DNA from: Sulfurimonadaceae bacterium
GTDB taxonomy: Bacteria; Campylobacterota; Campylobacteria; Campylobacterales; Sulfurimonadaceae
NCBI GenBank assembly: GCA_041559595.1
Contig: JBFFDB010000001.1
Location: forward strand, 1 to 30,041
Length of the DNA: 30,041 nt
Direction: 5' to 3'
A program made the translations under genes and the position numbers. The notes beneath the pieces were generated by a model that ran no database searches, was not told where the DNA came from, and saw only the letters and a program-made list of their open reading frames with translations. Below are positions 16,990-24,832 of the stretch, piece after piece. How positions within the stretch are numbered: the stretch's first letter is position 1; the number at the start of each line of letters is the position of its first letter.

Positions 16990-17553
16990 TTACGAAATTA
17001 TAGCATCTTCTATAATGTAAAAATCTGTCATAGCATTCATCACGGCTATTTTAGAAAAGCGATGTATATCTTTGTAATGAATATCTTTACACACAATCTT
17101 CCCTTGATCAAGTAACCTTTGGCGTGTGGTGCCCTTTAGCAGTGGAGTCTTTGGGGTAAGCCACTCTTTCCCATCATAAAAAGCAAGGTTGGCTATGCTG
17201 GTATCAGTTATAAGATCATTTTTTATAATGATAATCTCATCTGCATCTTCTTTATTTTGAAAAAGATGATTGAGTGCAGATCTGTCTTCAAACTTTAAAT
17301 CATAATCAATGTGAGAATGGATGAGTTTAAAAGAGTGGATTGCTTTTTGTTGGTAAGGAATATACTCGACTTTTTCTATGATATCTTTATACAAAACACG
17401 ACATCTAAATTCACCTGTTTGGGGTGGTTCTAATGATATCACAAGAGATGAAGAGAGTCCTAAGGTCTTACGAGAATACTCAAGGCGTTGTTGATGGTAC
17501 TCAAGATGAAGAGCTTTTCCATCAACAATATGAATAGTCTCTAATAGACGCAT
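16990..17553 (-). CDS. Short fold-type IV PLP enzyme (PabC/4-amino-4-deoxychorismate lyase-like)
   Basis: LEYHQQRL, YDLKFEDR, ITDTSIANLAF, LLKGTTRQRLL and AVMNAM motifs. Confidence 0.82.
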   Translation of the reverse strand: MRLLETIHIVDGKALHLEYHQQRLEYSRKTLGLSSSLVISLEPPQTGEFRCRVLYKDIIEKVEYIPYQQKAIHSFKLIHSHIDYDLKFEDRSALNHLFQNKEDADEIIIIKNDLITDTSIANLAFYDGKEWLTPKTPLLKGTTRQRLLDQGKIVCKDIHYKDIHRFSKIAVMNAMTDFYIIEDAIIS

Positions 17554-18479
17554 TAGTCTTGAGAAAAAAGTGCTGTAGAAAGGTAGCGTTCACCGGTATC
17601 ACAAAGAATCGTGACAATAGTCTTGCCTTTGTTTTGTGGACGTGAAGCTATCTGTTTGGCAGCAAAAACATTTGCACCAGCAGAAATACCTACTAATAGA
17701 CCTTCTTCACGAGCTAGGGCCTTGGCTGTTGACATTGCTTCTTCATTAGTAACTTGAATCACTTCACCATAAATCTGAGTATTAAGGTTCTTTGGTATAA
17801 ATCCAGCACCAATACCTTGAATCTTGTGTGGTCCTGGTTTTCCTCCTGAAAGAACAGGAGAATCTGTCGGCTCAACGGCAATGATCTCAACAGAAGGTAG
17901 AGTATCTTTTAAGACTTCACTAACACCCGTAAGCGATCCGCCTGTGCCTACTGCAGCTACAAATATATCAATCTTTTTATCCGTGTCATTTAGAATCTCT
18001 AAGGCAGTAGTACGGCGGTGAATATCTGGATTTGCAGGGTTTTGAAACTGTTGTAAGACATGTGAGTTGTCAATCTCATTATGAAGTTCTTCTGCCTTAT
18101 CTATGGCACCCTTCATACCTAAGGCTGCGGGTGTTAGAACAAGCTCGGCACCTAGTGCCTTAAGTAGGTTTCTACGTTCCATACTCATCGATTCTGGCAT
18201 CGTCAAAATCAGCTTTAAATTAAGAGCAGCACATACAGAGGCAAGTGCGATACCTGTATTACCACTTGTAGGCTCGATCACAGTTGTATCTTGATTTATC
18301 TTTCCACTTTCCAAGGCAGTATTGATCATATTGAAACCAATTCTATCCTTGACCGAAGAGGTCGGGTTCATGAACTCACATTTTCCTAATATTGTACAGC
18401 CTGTTTCTTCAGAAGCCTTATTGAGGCGTACAAGGGGCGTATTACCAATAAGTTCGGTGACATTATTTGCTATTTTCAT
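17553..18479 (-). CDS. cysK: Cysteine synthase A
   Basis: LIGNTPLVRL, PLP lysine in SSVKDRIG, EPTSGNTGIALA, GTGGSLTG, GPHKIQGIGAGFIP and DTGERYLST. Confidence 0.96.
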   Translation of the reverse strand: MKIANNVTELIGNTPLVRLNKASEETGCTILGKCEFMNPTSSVKDRIGFNMINTALESGKINQDTTVIEPTSGNTGIALASVCAALNLKLILTMPESMSMERRNLLKALGAELVLTPAALGMKGAIDKAEELHNEIDNSHVLQQFQNPANPDIHRRTTALEILNDTDKKIDIFVAAVGTGGSLTGVSEVLKDTLPSVEIIAVEPTDSPVLSGGKPGPHKIQGIGAGFIPKNLNTQIYGEVIQVTNEEAMSTAKALAREEGLLVGISAGANVFAAKQIASRPQNKGKTIVTILCDTGERYLSTALFSQD

Positions 18480-18566
18480 TGAAAATCCTAATACTTTGAT
18501 GGCTAATAATAGCTTTTAGAATATAAGAGGGAGTTAAACTTTAGTACTTTACTTGAGTATAATTTG

Positions 18567-19790
18567 CTAAGGATAGATAATACCACCGCCTGCACTATTG
18601 GCCGAGTGTAAGATAATCGTATTGTACTTTATTGCATAAAACTTCATCAATAGACGTTGTAAGGTTGGTTCTACGGAAGGAGTAAACCAGGCATTATTAC
18701 TACTTGCTATCATCAAAGCGGGAGAGTCTTCAAAAAGTTCATGGCAGGTTGCTTCATAACAGATGGCATTTCTGAAACGATAACCTTTGATCATAAAATC
18801 ACTTGGCTTGGATGCAGTAAGGAAATCAGAAGCACCTCCAAATATAGCCTTATTAATTGGGCGTGCTAGAAAGGATGGGAGTGGTATATACTCACCAAAG
18901 GGAACCAGCACCATCTTTTTAGCGATCTTCACATCTGCATCTTGAAAAAAGTAAGAGGCATTGAAGTTATGCCCATCTTCATAATAAAGACTACCTGTAT
19001 GGATGGAAATATCACGACTTAGTTCTTTTAGCGTGTGCAAAAGTTCTTTTTCACGATTTAAAAACATAGGAAAGGCACTCTCAGGAAGAATCACAAGGTC
19101 TTTTTTATTCTTAATGGCTTGCTTAATGGCATCTAGATTATCGTTAACAATGGAGTTGCGATATTGAGGGTCCCATTTTTTGTTTTGATCTAGATTCGTT
19201 TGTATAATTGAAATGTTTAAGGGATGCGATTGATGTGTCTGTGTTGAAAAACTAAGGGCAGGAATTAATGCGAATAAGAATAAATAGCCTTTTTTGTTTT
19301 TGAAATGAATGCTGAGTCCAAGGGCTAAGAGAATAAGTGCATATTGCCATTTTTCAACACCAAAATAACTATGTACAAAAAGAAGTTCCGGTTGTAACCA
19401 ATTGAAGTTAAAGGGTTCTAAAAAACTTAAGATAAAGAGCACAAATGCACGTGTTAAAGGCTGTGAAGCAAAAGACATAAGCCAAAAGATGAGCCCATAA
19501 CCTAAGGCGAAACCAAGAGATACAAGTGGAACTGCCCAACTCATGTCATAATATTTAAAACTAAACCCCACCCAGTAAAACCAAAAAAGACCAATGAAAA
19601 AACCACTAAGTACAAACACCTTTTTATCAGCAATCATCAAAAGATAAAATGCATATAAGCCTAGAAGTGAATTTAACAGATAAAAAGTAATGTCAAGATG
19701 AAACAGATAAAGTGAAGCAGAAAAACATGAGGCTATAAGAAGTGCGTTAAATAGCTCAGATAAAGATAATAGTTTTTTAAGTATAAGCAT
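18567..19790 (-). CDS. lnt: Apolipoprotein N-acyltransferase
   Basis: N-terminal TM helices, then a nitrilase fold with the E-K-C triad (LPESAFP, KMVLVPFGEY, ICYEA) and SNNAWF. ATG 19790 preferred; TTG 19826 is possible. Confidence 0.93.
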   Translation of the reverse strand: MLILKKLLSLSELFNALLIASCFSASLYLFHLDITFYLLNSLLGLYAFYLLMIADKKVFVLSGFFIGLFWFYWVGFSFKYYDMSWAVPLVSLGFALGYGLIFWLMSFASQPLTRAFVLFILSFLEPFNFNWLQPELLFVHSYFGVEKWQYALILLALGLSIHFKNKKGYLFLFALIPALSFSTQTHQSHPLNISIIQTNLDQNKKWDPQYRNSIVNDNLDAIKQAIKNKKDLVILPESAFPMFLNREKELLHTLKELSRDISIHTGSLYYEDGHNFNASYFFQDADVKIAKKMVLVPFGEYIPLPSFLARPINKAIFGGASDFLTASKPSDFMIKGYRFRNAICYEATCHELFEDSPALMIASSNNAWFTPSVEPTLQRLLMKFYAIKYNTIILHSANSAGGGIIYP

Positions 19791-19859
19791 GTTTCTCGTT
19801 TTTGAAAGTATACACGATTTATACAAACTTCGTTTAAAATGAAGACATATTGTTAGACT

Positions 19860-19868
19860 TGGTATAAT
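19860..19868 (+). promoter_or_regulatory. Extended -10 promoter TGgTATAAT upstream of the porin gene
   Basis: Exact TGnTATAAT; GAGGA RBS before ATG 19951. Confidence 0.6.
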
Positions 19869-19950
19869 GTGTAATTATAAATATTGAAGCGTTGGTATTT
19901 ACTGCAATTGAGTAAGCAGGTCCATATTTTATTATTTTAGAGGATAGTGT

Positions 19951-21282
19951 ATGAAACAGTTAGTTGGTGTTTTTATTCTTTGTTTTTCACAGTTGATGGC
20001 AAGTGATTGGTTAATGATACAAGGAACAGAACCTAAGACAATCATGAAAGATGGGGTTAAGATAAACAACTCGCTTTCAACACCTCAATTATGGGGGTTT
20101 GCTCAAGTGAAGTATGAGAAAAACTATTCTGATATTGTTGAAGCGGCTGGTATAAATAAGACAGCCTTTGCTTACGTCAAACCAAGTCTACAGAAGCAAA
20201 GTCAACTCCAACTCTTTCGTGCGCGATTAGGTTTACGGGGGGTACTTGATGATGAGAATAAAATAAACTATTTTCTATTGACTGATTTTGGCGAGAATGG
20301 TATTAGCAATCCAGCAGGCCATAGACAGCATACTTATCTTACTGATGCCTCGATGACACTACGGCATATTCCTTACGCAAATATACGCTTTGGTATGTTC
20401 AAGTATCCAGGAAGTGAAGAAGGCTTTCAGGCTCGCTTTGTATCTCCTTTTATTATTTTTACGCAGATGAGTGAATTCTTACTCCTAGAAAAGATACCTG
20501 AAACAAATAAGGCAGATGTCAATACAAATGGAACCTTTGTTGGCAGACCTGATCATTCTGTGAGTGCCTATAGAGATACAGGTATTGAAGTATTTGATCG
20601 TCTAAAATTGAAAGATGATTGGACACTGTCTTATGCCCTTATGATAGGAAATGGTTCTGGGATAAAATGGGAAAATAGAAATAGTGGACATTACACGGGG
20701 TACGGATATTTAGCCTTGGAAAACTCCTTTGGTAAGGGAAAAGGATATTATCACGAAGACTTCAAAACCTATGTTTGGTATCAAGAAGGAAAACGCAGAC
20801 TCAATGCAAATAATGAGAGTAATTTATATGATCGTATTCGATATGGAACTGGCTTGAGATATTTTAAAGACGGGCTTCGTCTTGAAGCTGAATATGCAGG
20901 AGCAGAAGGGATGATATTTACAGGTCCTAAAGATGCTGATCCTACTGCTGGTTATGAAAACTGGCATCTTAGTATGGAAGCTGGAAAAAATAATAGAGCC
21001 TATGGATACTACCTTGCTGCAGCCTATGAGGTGTATCCAAAAATTGAAACAATGATACGCTATGACGAGTTGAATAATATGACAAATTCAGTTACTAAAG
21101 AGAGAATCTTTAAAACAACAACACTTGGACTGACCTATCATTTTAAAGGTCCAACGCGTGTTGATTTAAATTATCTGATCAAAGATGCAAAGGCTCCAGG
21201 AAGCAGTGCAGCTCAAAATATTTTAAATAACATGGGAAATGCAATAACACTTCAATATACCTATAAGTTTAGTGTTCGTTAA
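19951..21282 (+). CDS. Outer-membrane beta-barrel, phosphate-selective porin (OprO/P)-like
   Basis: Signal peptide ending LMA|SDW. LFRARLGLRG and IRFGMFKYPGSEE resemble the porin O/P RRARL and GQFKxPF motifs. Alternating aromatic strands, last strand LQYTYKF. Confidence 0.65.
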   Translation: MKQLVGVFILCFSQLMASDWLMIQGTEPKTIMKDGVKINNSLSTPQLWGFAQVKYEKNYSDIVEAAGINKTAFAYVKPSLQKQSQLQLFRARLGLRGVLDDENKINYFLLTDFGENGISNPAGHRQHTYLTDASMTLRHIPYANIRFGMFKYPGSEEGFQARFVSPFIIFTQMSEFLLLEKIPETNKADVNTNGTFVGRPDHSVSAYRDTGIEVFDRLKLKDDWTLSYALMIGNGSGIKWENRNSGHYTGYGYLALENSFGKGKGYYHEDFKTYVWYQEGKRRLNANNESNLYDRIRYGTGLRYFKDGLRLEAEYAGAEGMIFTGPKDADPTAGYENWHLSMEAGKNNRAYGYYLAAAYEVYPKIETMIRYDELNNMTNSVTKERIFKTTTLGLTYHFKGPTRVDLNYLIKDAKAPGSSAAQNILNNMGNAITLQYTYKFSVR

Positions 21283-21406
21283 AAAGGGAATAAGCAAAGA
21301 CTTTTCTCATGTTTATGAAGCTTTGTATACTGTCCAAGATGATGATATTGAATTAAGAATAATTATAGAAGTAAATTTAGATGAAGAGGAAGCTTCAAAA
21401 GCCTAG
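21272..21406 (+). other. 44-codon GTG-started ORF or possible gene remnant (MFVKKGISKDFSHVYEALYTVQDDDIELRIIIEVNLDEEEASKA)
   Basis: Translated by hand; open from the stop at 21245-21247 to TAG 21404-21406. No clear RBS. Confidence 0.3.
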
Positions 21407-21485
21407 TAATATAAGCATTTTGTAGATAGAAATTTTTTTTTGTTCTTCACACTCTTCTATCTAAGCTTTCTAGAGGCGGCCTTAA

Positions 21486-21493
21486 GTTATAAT
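21486..21493 (+). promoter_or_regulatory. Sigma70 -10 (gtTATAAT) of the yajC-secDF operon
   Basis: Exact gnTATAAT 29 nt before the yajC ATG; AAGGA RBS. Confidence 0.65.
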
Positions 21494-21522
21494 GCGCGCA
21501 ATTTAATTTAAGGAAGAACCAA

Positions 21523-21780
21523 ATGGAATCAATTGTAATGATGGTTGGACTATTTGCGATTATGTACTTTATCATAATTCGCCCACAACAAAAGCAACAA
21601 CAAGAGCACACAAAGATGCTTGCAGCCCTGACTAAGGGTGATAAGGTTGTTACAACAGGTGGTTTTATTGTTGAAATTATCAAGGTGGAAGAAGGTTTCT
21701 TCAAGGTAACACTAGACAAAGGTTCTGAAGCCCGTTTAGCAAAAGATGCGATTGCACGAAAGTATGAGGATGAAGCTTAA
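21523..21780 (+). CDS. yajC: Preprotein translocase subunit YajC
   Basis: FAIMYFIIIRPQQKQQ and LTKGDKVVTTGG; upstream of secD. Confidence 0.95.
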   Translation: MESIVMMVGLFAIMYFIIIRPQQKQQQEHTKMLAALTKGDKVVTTGGFIVEIIKVEEGFFKVTLDKGSEARLAKDAIARKYEDEA

Positions 21781-23338
21781 TTACCGCGTAGTTATCTTCT
21801 CACTTGCTTTAGCCTTTGGTCTGGCATTTTCTTTACCAACATTGACAAAAAGTGACACAGGTGCACAAATCACACTTGGACTTGATCTTCAAGGTGGTCT
21901 GCATATGCTTCTTGGTGTAAAAACTGAAGAGGCTGTTAAGGCACGTTTTAAGTCTATCGCTGCAAGTCTTAAATACTTCACTGGAAAAAATGACATTCTT
22001 CTGGACACGCTTATTATCCTAGATGAAGGTATAGAGTTTTCACTTTTGGATGAAGATGATGTCCCTACTATCAAAGAGATGCTTGCTAAGACGGAAGGTC
22101 TTGTTGTTGATAATACGGAATTAGATTTTGTGTTGAGTTTTTCTGAGTTAGAAATAGAAAAGACAAAGAAACAGTCGATTGAACAAGCGATAGAGACGAT
22201 TCGTAATCGTTTAGATCAATTTGGCTTAGCTGAACCAACGGTTGCTAAACAGGGTGAAGAAAAAATCCTTGTGGAACTTCCTGGTATCAAAACAGCTGAA
22301 GAAGAGCAGCGTGCACGTGAGCTTATCTCACGAGCGGCTTACCTTCAGATGATGGCTCTTGATGAAGATAGACAGTCACGTGTGTATCAGATGAGTCAAG
22401 CAGAAGCAGCTAAGTATGGTGATATTATCCTTGATGACGTTGCACAGCCGGGGGTGAAGTATCTGATGAAAGAGATTCAGATCCTTGATGGCTCAATGCT
22501 TACGAATGCTCAGGTCTCTTTTGATCAGCAGACAAATCAACCTGTGATTAACTTTACATTGAATTCAGAAGGTGGCGCTATCTTTGGTGACTTTACTGAG
22601 AAAAATGTGGGAAATCACCTTGCTATTGTTTTAGATGGAAAGGTCTTTTCAGCACCACGTATTAATGAACGTATTGGTGGTGGAAGCGGGCAAATATCTG
22701 GAAGTTATACACCTCAAGAAGCACAAGATCTAGCTATTGCACTTCGCTCTGGCGCCCTTCTTGCACCGATTTATTTGATGGAAAAACGCTCAGTTGGTCC
22801 CTCATTAGGGGCAGACAGTATTCAAGCAGCTTCTGTTGCCTTGATCGGTGGATTTATACTGGTTGTTATCTTTATGCTTGTGTATTATAAATTAGCTGGG
22901 TTGATTGCGAATATTGCATTGATAGCGAATCTGTTTATTCTACTCGCAGTAATGTCACTCTTTGGTGCGACCTTAACACTTCCGGGTATGGCAGGTATTG
23001 TACTTACCGTTGGTATGGCAGTTGATGCAAATGTTATTATCTCTGAGCGTATACGTGAACTCTTATACGAGGGAACGTCTGTACGTAAAGCGATAGAACA
23101 GGGTTATGAAAACGCAACATCAGCCATCTTAGATGCAAACATCACAACACTGATCGCAGCGGTTGTCCTGTACGTATATGGAACGGGTGCTATCAAAGGG
23201 TTTGCGATTACGATGAGTATTGGTATTTTAGCTTCTATGCTAACAGCTATCCTTGGTACGCATGGAATTTATGAGATGCTAGCGTCTCGAATAGAAAAAA
23301 GTAAAAACCTGCGTATCTGGTTTGGGGTAAAGGTTTAA
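21770..23338 (+). CDS. secD: Protein translocase subunit SecD
   Basis: LGLDLQGG, IRNRLDQFGLAEP, VGPSLGADSI, TLTLPGMAGIVLTVGMAVDANV and ILDANITT. Start placed at MKLNYR (ATG 21764 and the ORF start 21746 are in-frame alternatives). Confidence 0.96.
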   Translation: MKLNYRVVIFSLALAFGLAFSLPTLTKSDTGAQITLGLDLQGGLHMLLGVKTEEAVKARFKSIAASLKYFTGKNDILLDTLIILDEGIEFSLLDEDDVPTIKEMLAKTEGLVVDNTELDFVLSFSELEIEKTKKQSIEQAIETIRNRLDQFGLAEPTVAKQGEEKILVELPGIKTAEEEQRARELISRAAYLQMMALDEDRQSRVYQMSQAEAAKYGDIILDDVAQPGVKYLMKEIQILDGSMLTNAQVSFDQQTNQPVINFTLNSEGGAIFGDFTEKNVGNHLAIVLDGKVFSAPRINERIGGGSGQISGSYTPQEAQDLAIALRSGALLAPIYLMEKRSVGPSLGADSIQAASVALIGGFILVVIFMLVYYKLAGLIANIALIANLFILLAVMSLFGATLTLPGMAGIVLTVGMAVDANVIISERIRELLYEGTSVRKAIEQGYENATSAILDANITTLIAAVVLYVYGTGAIKGFAITMSIGILASMLTAILGTHGIYEMLASRIEKSKNLRIWFGVKV

Positions 23339-23339
23339 T

Positions 23340-24311
23340 ATGGAATTTTTTAAATACACAAAAACTTTTGATTTTATGTCTAAGAAGATGATTACTTTGA
23401 TGATCTCTTTGACACTTGTGATTGCCTCATATGCTGTACTGTTTACTAAGGGCTTGAATTACGGAATTGATTTTGCCGGTGGTACAGTTATCCAGGTGAA
23501 GTATGATGGTGTCGCTCCAATTGACACTATGCGTACATTGATCTCAAAAGATGCACTGTTTGATGGTGCATCTATCTCTGAGTTTGGCTCGGCAGATGAG
23601 GTTGTTATACGTGTAAGAACATCAAGTTCTTCAGTGACAACAGATATGGGTGATATCGCAAGAGAGGTACTAAAAGGAAGTGGAAACTTTGAGATCCGTC
23701 GTGTAGATATCGTTGGACCAAAGGTTGGAAATGAGTTAAGAGAAAAAGGTATTATGGCGATGGTACTTGCTATCATTGGTATCTTGTTTTATGTCTCTTT
23801 TCGATTTGAATGGCGTTTTGCATTGGCTTCTATTGTAGCACTTGTGCATGATGTTTCGATTGCCTTAGGTGCTATCTCTTTTTTTGAAGTTGAGGTAAAC
23901 CTTGATATCTTAGCGGCGATGCTAACCATTCTTGGGTATTCGTTAAATGATACGATCATTGTATTTGACCGTATTCGTGAGGGTATTAATAAAATCAAGT
24001 CAGCCATTCTTTCAAATGTCATCAATGAATCAGTGACACGTACACTTTCACGTACGACACTGACCTCATTGACTACATTCTTTGTTGTATTGACATTATG
24101 GATGTACGGTGGTGAGATTATTCATGGATTTGGTTTTACACTACTAGTGGGTATAATCGTAGGTACATATTCTTCAATCTTTGTCGCTTCTCCAGTGCTT
24201 ATCTGGTTAGGTTTTGATATCAAAGCCTTTAGAACAAAGCTTTCAAACAAAGAACAAAGAAGAATAGAAAAAGAGCGTATGCGTGCACAGTTTGAGCAAG
24301 GTACGCTGTAG
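23340..24311 (+). CDS. secF: Protein translocase subunit SecF
   Basis: GIDFAGG, VGPKVGNEL, ALVHDV, GYSLNDTIIVFDRIRE and GTYSSIFVA. Confidence 0.96.
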   Translation: MEFFKYTKTFDFMSKKMITLMISLTLVIASYAVLFTKGLNYGIDFAGGTVIQVKYDGVAPIDTMRTLISKDALFDGASISEFGSADEVVIRVRTSSSSVTTDMGDIAREVLKGSGNFEIRRVDIVGPKVGNELREKGIMAMVLAIIGILFYVSFRFEWRFALASIVALVHDVSIALGAISFFEVEVNLDILAAMLTILGYSLNDTIIVFDRIREGINKIKSAILSNVINESVTRTLSRTTLTSLTTFFVVLTLWMYGGEIIHGFGFTLLVGIIVGTYSSIFVASPVLIWLGFDIKAFRTKLSNKEQRRIEKERMRAQFEQGTL

Positions 24312-24343
24312 TTACTCGAAAAGTAGACACAGCGTCAGCGTAG

Positions 24344-24362
24344 GTAGCGGAGCTTAGCTCCG
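24344..24362 (+). repeat. GTAG-preceded GC-rich hairpin (REP-like), single copy in the window
   Basis: GTAG + CGGAGC-TTA-GCTCCG; positions 24331-24368 are 24/38 G+C in an AT-rich genome. Confidence 0.4.
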
Positions 24363-24389
24363 ATGCCGTATTAAATATAAAGGATTAAC

Positions 24390-24728
24390 ATGGATTGGGG
24401 AAAAGTTATTTATGTGTTTTTCACACTAATGAGTTTAACATCGACAGCAGGTTTTTTGTTTGAGCATAGTGCTATAGCACTCTTTATGGCTGGAAGTCTA
24501 AACCTAGTGTCGACTATCTTAAAGATTGGTGTTAGAAACCTTCTTGCTGCTGAGTTACTTGCTAGTTCATTGGTAGCAGACTTACACCTCATTCCTGCCT
24601 TTGTTTACTTAGTGATCGTCGGTAATACTGAATGGGCTATCGCCTTAGCAATTGGTGCACTTATCGCTAACATCTTCTCTATGGGTCTCGTACTTGTAGA
24701 GAGTTCTCGTACTCGCGAAGAGTATTAA
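24390..24728 (+). CDS. Small conserved membrane protein (DUF6394-like, recalled as the H. pylori secF-leuS spacer gene)
   Basis: 112 aa, about 4 hydrophobic helices, MDWGKV start and ADLHLIPA motif; AAGGA RBS. Confidence 0.78.
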   Translation: MDWGKVIYVFFTLMSLTSTAGFLFEHSAIALFMAGSLNLVSTILKIGVRNLLAAELLASSLVADLHLIPAFVYLVIVGNTEWAIALAIGALIANIFSMGLVLVESSRTREEY

Positions 24729-24733
24729 TATAG

Positions 24734-24749
24734 AAGGCATCTGCCTTTT
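24734..24749 (+). terminator. Weak terminator-like hairpin before leuS
   Basis: AAGGC-ATCT-GCCTT followed by TT. Confidence 0.35.
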
Positions 24750-24832
24750 GTAATACGCTTTCGTCTATATTGAGAAGTAAGATTACTTTTGAGTATAAAT
24801 GATAATTCATAAATAAAGAAATAGGAAACACA

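Noticed and set aside
18558-18563. Plus-strand TATAAT pointing antisense into lnt
   Set aside because: Lacks the gn/TG extension and a hexamer alone is weak evidence in AT-rich DNA.
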